Shown here piece after piece: positions 23,267 through 35,738 of a DNA stretch of 64,000 nucleotides. This stretch comes from Paraspadella gotoi (taxonomy: Eukaryota; Animalia; Chaetognatha): positions 6,448,369 to 6,512,368 of the forward strand of contig CM119270.1 in the NCBI GenBank assembly GCA_051294375.1, read 5' to 3'. Under the pieces are notes generated by a model, which searched no databases, had not been told where the DNA came from, and was given only the letters and a program-made list of their open reading frames with translations. The translations under genes were made by a program, and so were the position numbers. The stretch's first letter is position 1. Each line of letters starts with the position of its first letter.

Positions 23267-23541
23267 AGATGTATTTCGAAAATTTCGTATATGGGATAAA
23301 AAGAGATAAAACGTAGCAAGAATTATTACTTAGTTTTAATCCCTCGCTTGAGCTTTTAACTTCGTCTATATTGTTCGTTTAATTCATTGGATAAACCGCT
23401 TTTGTTTTTCTGGCGACTGTTAACCTACGTTGAATTAATATTTCCTACATTTATTTGACGAAAATAAAACTTGAAACAACATTTTACTTGTAGTTTTAGG
23501 CTCATAAGTTAATATTTTCTGCTTCTCTCTCTCTCTCTCTC

Positions 23542-23612
<71 letters not shown>

Positions 23613-24083
23613 CTCAACTTCGCTTTAATTTCTCTTTTCCTAAACCGTTTCTATTAGTCTATTACTACTGATGAGAAGAAGAAAGGAATAAAGAAGAAGA
23701 CGAGGACGAGGGGGAAGAGGAAGAAGAAAAAGAAGAGTAAGAAGAGGAGGAGGAAGAGGAAAGACAAACACGATGAGAGAGGAGGAGGAGCAGCCCAAAA
23801 GAGGAGGAGGAAAGGAACGAGTCCAGGCGGTCGCGTCTCGTAATCTTCCTTCATTCTTCTTTTCTTTCCTCCCTTTATTTCTCGTCTCTCTGTTCCTCCG
23901 TTTTTTTTTTGTTCTTCCTTAATTTTCCTCTTTTCAGTTCGTCCTTCGCGAGAAATGGAATCATTTTTTTTTCTTTATTTTTCTTCTGAAAATCAAAAAC
24001 TCTAAAATCATTTCGTTTTTGAATAAAAAGAGCAAAAGTGGGAATTTCGATTTCTCTCTCTCTCTCTCTCTCTTCTCTCCTCT

Positions 24084-24159
<76 letters not shown>

Positions 24160-25076
24160 TCTCCCTCTCTCTTCTCTCTCTCTCTCTTTCCCTCACATTC
24201 ACACACCAAAAAGATTTTTGAATAAAACACATAGTCGTAGAACTGGAACAATAATTTTTTTCGGACTGATAAATTCCATAGGTTTGTGGTTGAATTAAAA
24301 ATCCATTGTTAATTTAAGACTACTTTTAATTCTCGTTGTTTTTCTTTTTTAACTTTCTTAATTTCTCACGTTTTTCCACTTTTTCTTCTTTCATTAAATT
24401 TTCACTTTATACTTTTCTTTCACGTTTCTCAAGACATATCAACTTTAATTATTTGTCGAGATTATTAATTCTTTTACTAAATTTTTTTTACTGTTTTAAC
24501 TTGTCCTTTATTAAGTGACAATGTTAGAGAATATATAGCTATATATTTGTCTAGACTGTAATATTTCGGCTGGGTTTGATTTGTAAAAACGTGAGTCAAT
24601 TCTAGACATACGCTTAATGTGCTCATAAAAAGAAAATGAATGAAAGAAAGAAAGAAAGAAAGGGAGAAAGAAAGAAAGAAAGAAAGAAAAAAAAAGAAAG
24701 AAAGAAAGAAAAAAGAAAGAGATAAGAGGATTACGAAGGTTGAAGTGAGGGGCAAAGTCAACGAAGACGGAAAGAAAAGATAAGAGATTAAGAGAGAAAA
24801 GTAGAAAAGAGAGGAAAAGAGGAAGAGAGAGGAAAAGAAGGTGATTGTGTGTTAATGATTATGTTCTTCTCTTTGTTATTGTGTTTATGAAGTAAGTATA
24901 GAAAAGGTGGAAATGAATTGTATCGGTTCAGAATTTATTATCTTAACGCAATTAAAATACTTAAAAATCATAACTAAAAATAAGAGCTCAGTAACAAAAG
25001 TATGCATTTATGAATCCAATGAAGGTCAAACTTTAGTGAAAGAGATGAGAGAGGAGAGAGAGAGAAGAGAGAGAGG

Positions 25077-25130
<54 letters not shown>

Positions 25131-25807
25131 TGAAGAAGGAAAAGAAAACCTGAGGGAATCCCGGTGATTTTCCAATCTTCTTTTTTTCCGCCTCGCTTCT
25201 TCCATCATTGCTTTTTTTTTCTTTTTCCTTTTTTTTCATTTTTCTTTTTATCTATTCCTGTTCTTCAAGTTTCTATCCATCCCTTTTTGCCTCAGTTTCT
25301 AATTTCCCGGTTAAAGTATTCAAGATTGTTTACATTTTTGCAAATCAATTCAATCGAGCGGATTAGATCTTCACTCCGTGTCCCACTTTTTATTCACTTC
25401 CTTTTAAAACCTCAAACCTCAAACCTCAAATTACGAATAATTCCACTTGGTTATTTTTCCGTTTCTTTGTCTTTTTTTTTGCTATTGTCGTCATTGTTGT
25501 CGTTATATCTTTGTCATCAAATGTCGTCTTTGCTCTCTAGTCTCTATAATCATCACCGACTTTAAATTCGGTCAAAATCTTTGAATTTTCTAATTTTTCT
25601 TTTACTTACAAAAGGGTGAGTCAATTTGGTTATCTCTGTCAACAAAGCTGCCTCCTTCGTTGTTGTCGTCGTCGTCTTCGTCGCCATTATTGTCTTTGTT
25701 TTTTTTCACAATGTAAACTTTCATTTACATTAAACTGTATCACTCGGACGTAAATGGTAGTTTAGCGTATTATACGCAACGTTTCCTCGTCTTGGCCGTC
25801 TTCGATG

Positions 25808-25808
<1 letters not shown>

Positions 25809-25893
<85 letters not shown>
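25809..25893. repeat. (GTC)n trinucleotide microsatellite, representative of many SSRs in the window such as (GA)n at 11956-12051 and (CT)n at 33293-33402
   Basis: Read directly from the sequence. Confidence 0.95.
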
Positions 25894-26042
25894 TTCGCCC
25901 GCTTTGCCACCATCGTCTCCAGCCAACATTTACATTTCTAATTAACTTTTAAGACTCGAGTTAAAACTAATAAATTCTATACTTTTTCTCCTTTGGTGTA
26001 GGCATAAGAAATTACGATCTGAAGGGGGAGAAAGGAGAAAAG

Positions 26043-26119
<77 letters not shown>

Positions 26120-26247
26120 TCTTCGCTAACCACCATCTGTCGCTCCATATATTTCCACTTTTTTTTCACGAGACATTTCCTTTCGTCCGGGGCGACGATT
26201 CTCCTTGGATTGGAAATTCCGGTTCCATTCGGACGCAGACTCGTCTC

Positions 26248-26260
26248 GTTGCTTGGCAAC
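26248..26260. promoter_or_regulatory. Palindromic X-box-like motif in intergenic DNA
   Basis: GTTGCTTGGCAAC (extended CGTTGC-TTG-GCAACG) in a small GC-rich island; no linked gene identified. Confidence 0.3.
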
Positions 26261-26655
26261 GCGTCGGAGATGCCAACAATGTTTCCCGCTGAATTTACAT
26301 ATCTGGTTTTTTTTTTATTGTACGTTGCGATGTATTCTGAATAGCGGGTTTTTTTTTAATTGGAATACACGTACCTACTTTTATAAAGAATTTCAGTTTG
26401 GAAAAAAAAGGAATATAATATTTGCTTGCAATCGTCGAAAGAAAACGTTTTTTTTTACTTTACTTAGTTGATTAAGTTTCCATTCCTAACTTTTTTTATG
26501 CAATGTTAATCCTGCGGGGGAAAAATGCATAATCCAATTAATTAAAATAATAAGCAAACATCCTTAATCTTGATTTTAATCAGGTTTTCATGCAACTTTC
26601 AAATGCGCAGACGTCGCACTACGTGAGATTTGAATTTCCAGTTGGCAGCGACAAT

Positions 26656-26703
<48 letters not shown>

Positions 26704-27699
26704 AACGACGAAGTCCGTCGCAAGATAAATGGGACTCAGTTGGCGAGAAGGATGATTCGTCCGTTTTTCAATTCGAAAATATTTTATTGTAATTATTTTT
26801 TATTAAACTTAGTTAACTTTATAACAATATGCATTCAGCAGTTCTAACGACGTGGAATTGTCTTAATCGATTAGTAAATTAATAATTGATACAGGAAAAA
26901 CGCAGATGCTCGGCTTAATTTTGTTTAGTTTCGATATCAAAAGCAGTATTGAAACCCCGCTTTTAGTTTCGTGTAATCCACATTTCATTCACAGTTGATT
27001 TTTAAGTCACTCTCAGACCAAAACAGGAAATTCACATTCGATTCCGAGTCGTTCACAGTTGAAATCCGTCGCAGGCGATTTCCCCAAATATTCTCGGGGC
27101 CCGAAAAGTCTTCTCTTCGCCCGAAAGAAAATCTCTCTCGACTTTTTTTGCCCAGAATTTCTTCGTCTTCGACCTTCGAGTTCGAGAGAAGAAAAATGTC
27201 AGAAAAGATTTCCCCTCATGAACTCTCATTATCCCTCGGCTTTTGACCGCAGCAGAGGCAGCAGCAGCAACAGCAGCAACAGCAACAACGAAAACGACTA
27301 CAACAGAAACCACAAAAACAAAATTTATAATAAAAACCAACAAAAACAACCAAAATAAGTAAAAAACAACAGCTACAAAAAAAAAAAGAGAAACAACTAA
27401 AACAATAACAAAAACCACCAAAAAAACAAATAAAACAATTAGCAGCAACAACAAAATTATGTACAACATCAAAAACAACAAAAACAGCGACAACAAAAGT
27501 AAAACAAGATCGGTCCATCCAATGTCTTGCGTCACAGTGACCTTTTTAGCCCGTAAATTTATGATACGCACTGTATCGGAATTCTGTCTTTTATTCTTTA
27601 TAGTTTTAGGATTTTCTGAAGGTGGCGCTTAAATTTGAGGTTTTTTCCTGTCTTAACAAATGAGCAACCAACTGTAGGCAAAGTTATGAGCATTTTTAA

Positions 27700-27780
27700 G
27701 TGGGACAGACCGATAGACCGACATACCGACCGTCCGACCGACCGACCGACCAAAAAGTGACTTATAGAGTTGCTCCGCGA
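27700..27780 (+). mobile_element. Possible Helentron/HINE-like element fragment
   Basis: A (GACC)n tract followed by AAAAAGTGACTTATAGAGTTGC resembles microsatellite-bearing invertebrate interspersed elements; termini not confirmed. Confidence 0.3.
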
Positions 27781-28746
27781 GTATTCGACCTCCAACAACG
27801 ACATCGAAAGCGACTCCAATGAAGACCAACACATCCAAAGTTAAGAGAAACGAGGACGACGTTCACGAAANNNNNNNNNNATGAAAAGCTGCTGTTGCCG
27901 CTGCTGCAGAAACCTACGCGGTCGAAGCTGCTTCAGCACAAAACGACAGTGAAAGGAAAATGTGCATCGCGTCTCTCTTTTCAGGAAGAAAAGGAGAGNN
28001 NNNNNNNNNNNNNNNNNNNNNNNNNNNNNNNNNNNNNNNNNNNNNNNNNNNNNNNNNNNNNNNNNNNNNNNNNNNNNNNNNNNNNNNNNNNNNNNNNNNN
28101 NNNNNNNNNNNNNNNNNNNNNNNNNNNNNNNNNNNNNNNNNNNNNNNNNNNNNNNNNNNNNNNNNNNNNNNNNNNNNNNNNNNNNNNNNNNNNNNNNNNN
28201 NNNNNNNNNNNNNNNNNNNNNNNNNNNNNNNNNNNNNNNNNNNNNNNNNNNNNNNNNNNNNNNNNNNNNNNNNNNNNNNNNNNNNNNNNNNNNNNNNNNN
28301 NNNNNNNNNNNNNNNNNNNNNNNNNNNNNNNNNNNNNNNNNNNNNNNNNNNNNNNNNNNNNNNNNNNNNNNNNNNNNNNNNNNNNNNNNNNNNNNNNNNN
28401 NNNNNNNNNNNNNNNNNNNNNNNNNNNNNNNNNNNNNNNNNNNNNNNNNNNNNNNNNNNNNNNNNNNNNNNNNNNNNNNNNNNNNNNNNNNNNNNNNNNN
28501 NNNNNNNNNNNNNNNNNNNNNNNNNNNNNNNNNNNGACTTGTCGAGAACTGAGAGAGAGGGAGATGGGAGAGAGAGACGAGACAAGAGAGAAAGAAAGGG
28601 AGAGAATCAAGTTCAAGTTTTCCCGACTGTAAACGAATAATTTTCAAAGCAGAAGAAGCTTGAAAAGAGGTCAGTTAGAACTGGGAACTCCGCCATTTTG
28701 TGGAATATTCTCTCTTCACTGCTTTTAACGGATTTTTAGTCTCTCT

Positions 28747-28818
<72 letters not shown>

Positions 28819-29392
28819 CCTTCCCTCCCTCTTTCCCTCTTTCCCACTGGGTGAGGATTGCTTACTCAACGATGCGTCAGCGGGAGAGTGAAAGGTTGAG
28901 TTCAACGCGGGAGGTAAGGAGGGGCGGGTTAAGCGGGTTAAAAGAAGGAAGAATAAAAATAAAAAGGAATCAAGGAAGAGAGAAAAGTAGAAAAGACGAT
29001 TGGGAAGATGATGCTGCAGAGGTGAGGAAAATGTACCAAATTTACGTCTTAATCTAAAAAAGAAAAGAAATAAAAAAAAATTAAGAGCTTACGCGAGTTG
29101 TGCGGTTTTTTAAAAATATAAATGAATTAAAAAAAGAGAATATTAAAAAAAGCTTCTTTTAAATTTAAACTAATTAAAAGATGGATTATGTATCAATACT
29201 AATAATTAATTTTTACTTAAACAAAAGGAGAAACATAATTGTTAAATTCCCTCACTGTATATTATTTTCTCAATTGAGAATTTAAATCGACGGAACCAAG
29301 AAACTTTTACTTATTCAGATTGACTTCGTCTCGATCCATTCTTTCAGTTGAAGGGAAAAAGAATTTTTCGATTGATGCAAAGAGGAGAATCT

Positions 29393-29467
<75 letters not shown>

Positions 29468-29532
29468 CCTCCCAAGAGCCTCTTTCTTGATTAAAATCAA
29501 AGCCTTCTCTCTCTCTCTCTCTCTCTCCTTCT

Positions 29533-29584
<52 letters not shown>

Positions 29585-29904
29585 TTTCTCTCTCTCTCGC
29601 GCCTCCTAATCCATTTGTTTGCCTCCATTTTTCCCAGTTTTTTAAACTCAAGCTCAAGATTCGACGACGGCTCCTGTTCCGGCACTAGTTTCCGGCTCCT
29701 GCTTCCGGCTCCTTTTTCCGCACTAGTTCCGGCTCCTACTCCAGTTTCCGGTTCTGAGTTTGGATTCAAGTTTGGATCTCTCGCAAGAGTTCCTTTCATT
29801 CAAATAGAGTAAAAGGAAAAGCGGGGGAGGTGAAGGGGGGAGGAGGGGGGCGCGAAGAGTTTGTGCGTCTGTTTTGGATTTGTTTGAGTACATTGAGAGA
29901 GGGA

Positions 29905-29957
<53 letters not shown>

Positions 29958-30019
29958 GAGAGAGAGAGAGAGAAAAAAGAAAGAAAAAAGAAAGAAAGAA
30001 AGAGAAAAAAAAAAAAAAA

Positions 30020-30055
<36 letters not shown>

Positions 30056-30708
30056 AAAGAAAAGAAAGAAGAAAGAAGAAAAGAAAGAGAAAGAAAGAAA
30101 GAAAGAGAGAGGAGAGAGAGAGAAAGTAGAAGAGAGAATGAGATAGGAAAAAAAGAAAGAAAGTGAGGGAGTGAGAAAACAACTGAAAACAATTGAAGAA
30201 AATAAAGGATATTTTCTGCCTTTTTTCATGAACGTATACGTATATGTGATACCGTGCGTGCTCAGTCTTGAATCAGTCTGAGTTCATTTTCATTCTGAGT
30301 TTGCCAACTTACGGGAAACATTTCATTATATCAACACCTTTTTTTCTGACAGGTTTTCTACATTGCAACTTTCAGCCAAGAACCGTGACGGGCAAGTGAA
30401 TGTTGTCTAATTTCTATGGTTACAGATCATTATTAACTAAATTATATATAAATATAGTTCTTTGACTGTACTAAGAAAACTCTCTTTGCCTATTGTGCGC
30501 ACTGTTCGGACGAAGCGAAATCGCATTTTTAGCGGAGTGCACGGACGCAAGGCCGCCGCTAAATCACCAGTTCTGCTTCGGCGTTCACTTGGACTTTCAC
30601 AATAAAAAGCCGAGTTTTACCGCCGTTTGCTCCAAGCCACGTCATATTTCCATCAAACTAATGGTTTTCTCAACAAAACCTATCCCGCCCCAAAAGTCTT
30701 GAGAGTTC

Positions 30709-30802
<94 letters not shown>

Positions 30803-30929
30803 TTTCTCTCTCCCTCTCTTTCTTTCTTCTCATTCTCTTTTCTTATTCATTTCTTCTTATTTTTTAAGTGAATGCAAAACATTAAACATTAAACATTAAA
30901 TAAGTGTGATCAATAATCCAAATTTCTCA

Positions 30930-30973
30930 TTCCCTGACGATGTTATGTGAAATACATTACGAAATATCTGGAA
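30930..30973 (+). ncRNA. Hammerhead-like motif of a different sequence family
   Basis: TTCC-CTGACGA(30934-30940)-T-GTTATGT-GAAAT-ACATTAC-GAAA(30961-30964)-TATC-TGGAA: both core boxes, a 7-position helix II with one mismatch, possible TTCC/GGAA helix I. Helix III is abnormally short. Confidence 0.5.
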
Positions 30974-31390
30974 AAAACATTATTTTTTTTTCAATTCACA
31001 GTAAACCTCATAATGAGATTTGATTTACTACTAATTATACTCCGATGCGATGACACTCAAACAAAAGTATGATTTAGTTTTAAACATTCACACAACTCGT
31101 CCTTTAAATATATTTAATTAATTTTTTAAACTACCTCAGTAGATTAATGTTCATAGTTTCAATAACCTAAAAGCTCGACGAAATGACTCGAACGTCAACG
31201 GAAATCGTTAAAAGAAAACAAAAAAATGAAAAAAAGAGAAAAAAAAATTGTAATCTTTCTCGCGGAAGTTCGACAGAGAAATTCGCCAATGAAGATTCGA
31301 AAAACCTGAGCGAGACTCGATTGTCTTGTAAGGGAGAAGGAAAATTAGTTCCTGCCTCAACGTTCGCGGCAATTTTAGGGAGGAGGGTGA

Positions 31391-31462
<72 letters not shown>

Positions 31463-32426
31463 TCATATACTCAGCTCTCCCGAACGCAGCCGTAGACGGA
31501 GCGGCGGCGCGCGGCTTCGATCGACTCACTCTCCTTCCGGGCTTCTTCCGCTCGAGTCGGGGAGATTTTCTCTCTCTCGATGGTGAGTCGGCTTCTTCCG
31601 GTCGAAGTCGAGCGGATCGGGGCCGGATATCTCTCTCTCTCTCTTTCTCTCTTCTTTTCTCTCTCTCTCTCTCTCTCTCTCTTTGCTCTTACCGTCTCTC
31701 TCTCTTTCTATCTTTGTTTTTTCTTTTAATGTATTATTTTGTCATTCTCTCTCTCANNNNNNNNNNNNNNNNNNNNNNNNNNNNNNNNNNNNNNNNNNNN
31801 NNNNNNNNNNNNNNNNNNNNNNNNNNNNNNNNNNNNNNNNNNNNNNNNNNNNNNNNNNNNNNNNNNNNNNNNNNNNNNNNNNNNNNNNNNNNNNNNNNNN
31901 NNNNNNNNNNNNNNNNNNNNNNNNNNNNNNNNNNNNNNNNNNNNNNNNNNNNNNNNNNNNNNNNNNNNCACCGAAGATTTAATATCTGGAGAAAAACATT
32001 ATTTTTTTTTCAATTCACAGTAAACTCCATAATGAGATTGATTTACTACTAATTATACTCCGATGCGATGACACTCAAACAAAAGTATGATTTAGTTTTT
32101 TAACATTCACACAACTCGTCCTTTAAATATATTTAATTAATTTTTTAAACTACCTCAGTAGATTAATGTTCATAGTTTCAATAACCTAACAAGCTCGACG
32201 AAATGACTCGAACGTCAACGGAAATCGTTAAAAGAAAAAAAAAAAAGAAAAAAAAGAGAAAAAAAAATTGTAATCTTTCTCCGGAGAGTTCGACAGAGAA
32301 ATTCGCCAATGAAGATTCGAAAAACCTGAGCGAGACTCGATTTGTCTTGGAAGGGAGAAGGAAAATTAGTTTTCCTGCCTCAACGTTCGCGGCAATTTTC
32401 AGGGAGGAGGTGAGGAGAGAGAGGAG

Positions 32427-32458
<32 letters not shown>

Positions 32459-32460
32459 TG
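30963..32460. repeat. Near-identical ~450-bp duplication across an N-gap (30963-~31410 versus 31981-~32450), likely an assembly or haplotype artefact
   Basis: Copies differ mainly by single-base indels, and the second starts just after the gap. Confidence 0.7.
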
Positions 32461-32687
32461 AGGAGAGAGAGAGAGAGGAGAGAAGAGGAGGAGAGAGGAG
32501 AGAAGAGAAAGAAAGGCATGTGGTGCCATGAAAAAATTAGCTTTAAAGAAAGACAATTGAACGCTTAATGACTAGCTGAGGACCAATTAACAAGAGAAAA
32601 AAAGCATCAATCTTGGGGAGAGAGAGAGAGAGAGAGGAGGAGCGATGAGATGAGAGAGATGAGAGGAGAGAGAGAGAGAGAAGAGAT

Positions 32688-32721
<34 letters not shown>

Positions 32722-33289
32722 GACCACCGAGCGTGGAATATTCGCTAATGAGAATGTATCAATGTGTGAGAAAGAGGGAGAGAAAGAGAACGTGCGTGAG
32801 AGAGAATGATAGAGAGAGAGAGAGTACAAACGATGACGTGATCCCCTTTTTTCAGCTTCAGTCGAGGAGAAAATGAGAAAATGCAAATGAGATTGAAAAA
32901 GCCGCCGATGCGATCAAAGACTTTGCGATCAGAGTCGATGCGATCAGAGTCTTTGCGATCTCGGGCTTTTCGATTACCGTCGTTATTACCCTGTATTCAT
33001 TTTTAAAAACACATTTTGAATGAACTTACTATTCTAAAACATTATATATTTCATTAATATTTATCTTATGGACTTGTAGCCAAACCCATTCGACTAATGG
33101 CATTGTCATCACCACCTAAACATAAACACTCGTGCCATCCCTGTCGCCACAACCGCCATCACTGCCATCGCCATCGCCGTCCTTGCCACCCGCCATTGTT
33201 GCCAGTGAAATCTCCACTATTCATTAGGCCACCGCAACACGTGATTTTCTCGGATTAAGCGAATATTGATCGACCTTTCTATACATTAT

Positions 33290-33404
<115 letters not shown>

Positions 33405-33883
33405 GTCTCTACTCCCCGATTTTTCCAATTTTCTCTCTTGGCCGATGGGGAGATGGAGAGAGCGAGAGTGAGAGAGAGAGCGAGAGAGCGAGACAGAAAA
33501 CAAAGACTCCGGTAAAAGGTAAAGAAGAAAATTAAATTTGAAACGGAATGAAATTTCCTGAGAATTAAATTGGATTTGAAAGATTGAAAAGGGATCGAGG
33601 CAGAATCGAAAATCAATTAAGGGTTGGAGAGAGAGTAATCGGGCAGTTTGCAGTTAACTATTAAGGGGAGGAGGGATTCATTTTGTCAAGAAATAAAACT
33701 TGTATGAAGAGAAGCTTCAATTTTCCCAGATTTTTTGGGTCAAATTTTACAAAATTATCAATATTTAACTTTTTTTGGCTTTATTCCTAATAAATTTATT
33801 TATTACTAAATTCGCAAACAACCTTTTAATAATAAATTTCTAGCTAAATTTTTCAAATATTTTCTCTCTCTCTCTCATCTCTC

Positions 33884-33937
<54 letters not shown>

Positions 33938-34091
33938 TTTTCTCACTTATAAGTCGCTCTCAATAATTCGCAATATATGACATTTTTTATTTTATGATAA
34001 CTTTAATTTCATTAAGTTAATTTTGTAGAAGACGAAAATAGTAGTTGGTCACGTCGCCCTCAATTTAATTTTATTTCTCTCACGAACAGAA

Positions 34092-35599
34092 ATGAATTTG
34101 ATTTTGTTTCTCGTCGCGAGTCTTTTGTTCGCCTTCAACGACGCCGGAGAAGATCGCGGCTCCGCTCCGCCGAAACAGCATCCACTGCAGCAACGACAAC
34201 AGCCTCCATATAATCCGCCGCCGCAGCATCGTCATCCGCTGCCGCAGCAACGAAAGCGTTCGATAGCGGAAGTGAGGGACTGGACGAGGCGGCAACGGCG
34301 ACATCAGAAGCAACGACAGCCTCCACTACATCAAAAGGAACATGATGGAGAGGGGCAACGACAGCAGCTGGGGATCGAGATTCGCGAGAGACGATCGACG
34401 GGAGGGACAGAAAGGATCAGCGCCTCCTACAGGTGAGGGAAAGAAATAAAAAAACTAAAAAAAAACAAACTAAAAAATAAATTTGTATGTATAAAAACGA
34501 AACAACGAAAGATACTAGTCGACAAACTTACCGAAAAACAAAAAAAAACAAACAAACAAGCGTAGGTTAAATATAAACAACTCAATTTCAAAAATTTAAC
34601 TGACCTTTCCCGCTTTCCAACTCGACAGTAATCACGTGGCCGTCATTGGTTCGACCCTGACCCTGGAATGCCTCACCTCACCGGTCCCCGTCGTTTGGGT
34701 CCGCGACGCCGACAGCCCAAGAAAGTAAGGCTTAGATAAAATAGTAGGTGATAGAAATAAAAAAATTAAAAGTTTAAGTTGTGGCAACAGAAGTTAAAGT
34801 TAAGTTAAAAGAAAAAGATTAATTAGAAAGAAAACTAGATGTTAGGGGATTTTTATAAGATTTCGACACATTAAAGGCAAACGGAAGATTATAATTCAAA
34901 TGAGGTAAAATCCCCAGACTAAAAACGTAAATTTGTCTTTTAAAATTTACTATCTTTCACTGCGTCAGATCCAAAACTTACAAAATCAGTAATGTAATTA
35001 GTTTCAGACGCCAAATAATAATCGCTAATGTTTCTCTTATCCTTTTTTAGTTTCTGTTTTATAATTTTTTTTTCTATCTTTAAACAACTCCCAAACACTC
35101 GACCCTTCCCCCCCACTCCCTCCTCCCTTCAGTTCCAACGTCCTGGCCATCGTCCGGCCCAGCAGCCCGCGCGTCCAAAAAGGTCGCTACGTCTTCGAGT
35201 CTTACGGCGAAGTCTACACCCTCACGATTCCTCGCGTCTCCTTCGCCGACGACGGCATCTTCAAGTGCAACAACATCAAAGCCTTCAACATCGTCGTCAT
35301 CGGCGTCCCCGAGTGCACGCCGAGGGCCTCCATGGCCGAGTTTCGAGAAGACGCCGAGGCCGTGTTTCAATGCAAGGTATCGATCGCGTTGATGAGGCAG
35401 TCGGGATGATGGGATCGTTATTATCGTTATCGGTATTGCAAGTAAAACTTTATTGTGAGTTGAGAAGATGATGGTTGTTTACTTGATGTATTTAAAATAC
35501 ATTAGTTAATTTTATCGGTCTCTCTCTCTCTCTCTCTGTCTTTTTCCTTTCTTTACCCTCTCTCTCTCCTTTCTCCTCTCTCATTGCCCTCCCTCCTCC

Positions 35600-35677
<78 letters not shown>

Positions 35678-35706
35678 CTCTCTTCACTCTCTCCTCACTC
35701 CTCTTA

Positions 35707-35738
<32 letters not shown>

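Noticed and set aside
27841-28647. Long ORFs spanning N-runs (also near 31.7, 40.7, 42, 50.2, 55.9, 60.9, 62.1 and 63.3 kb)
   Set aside because: They are open only because Ns contain no stop codons.
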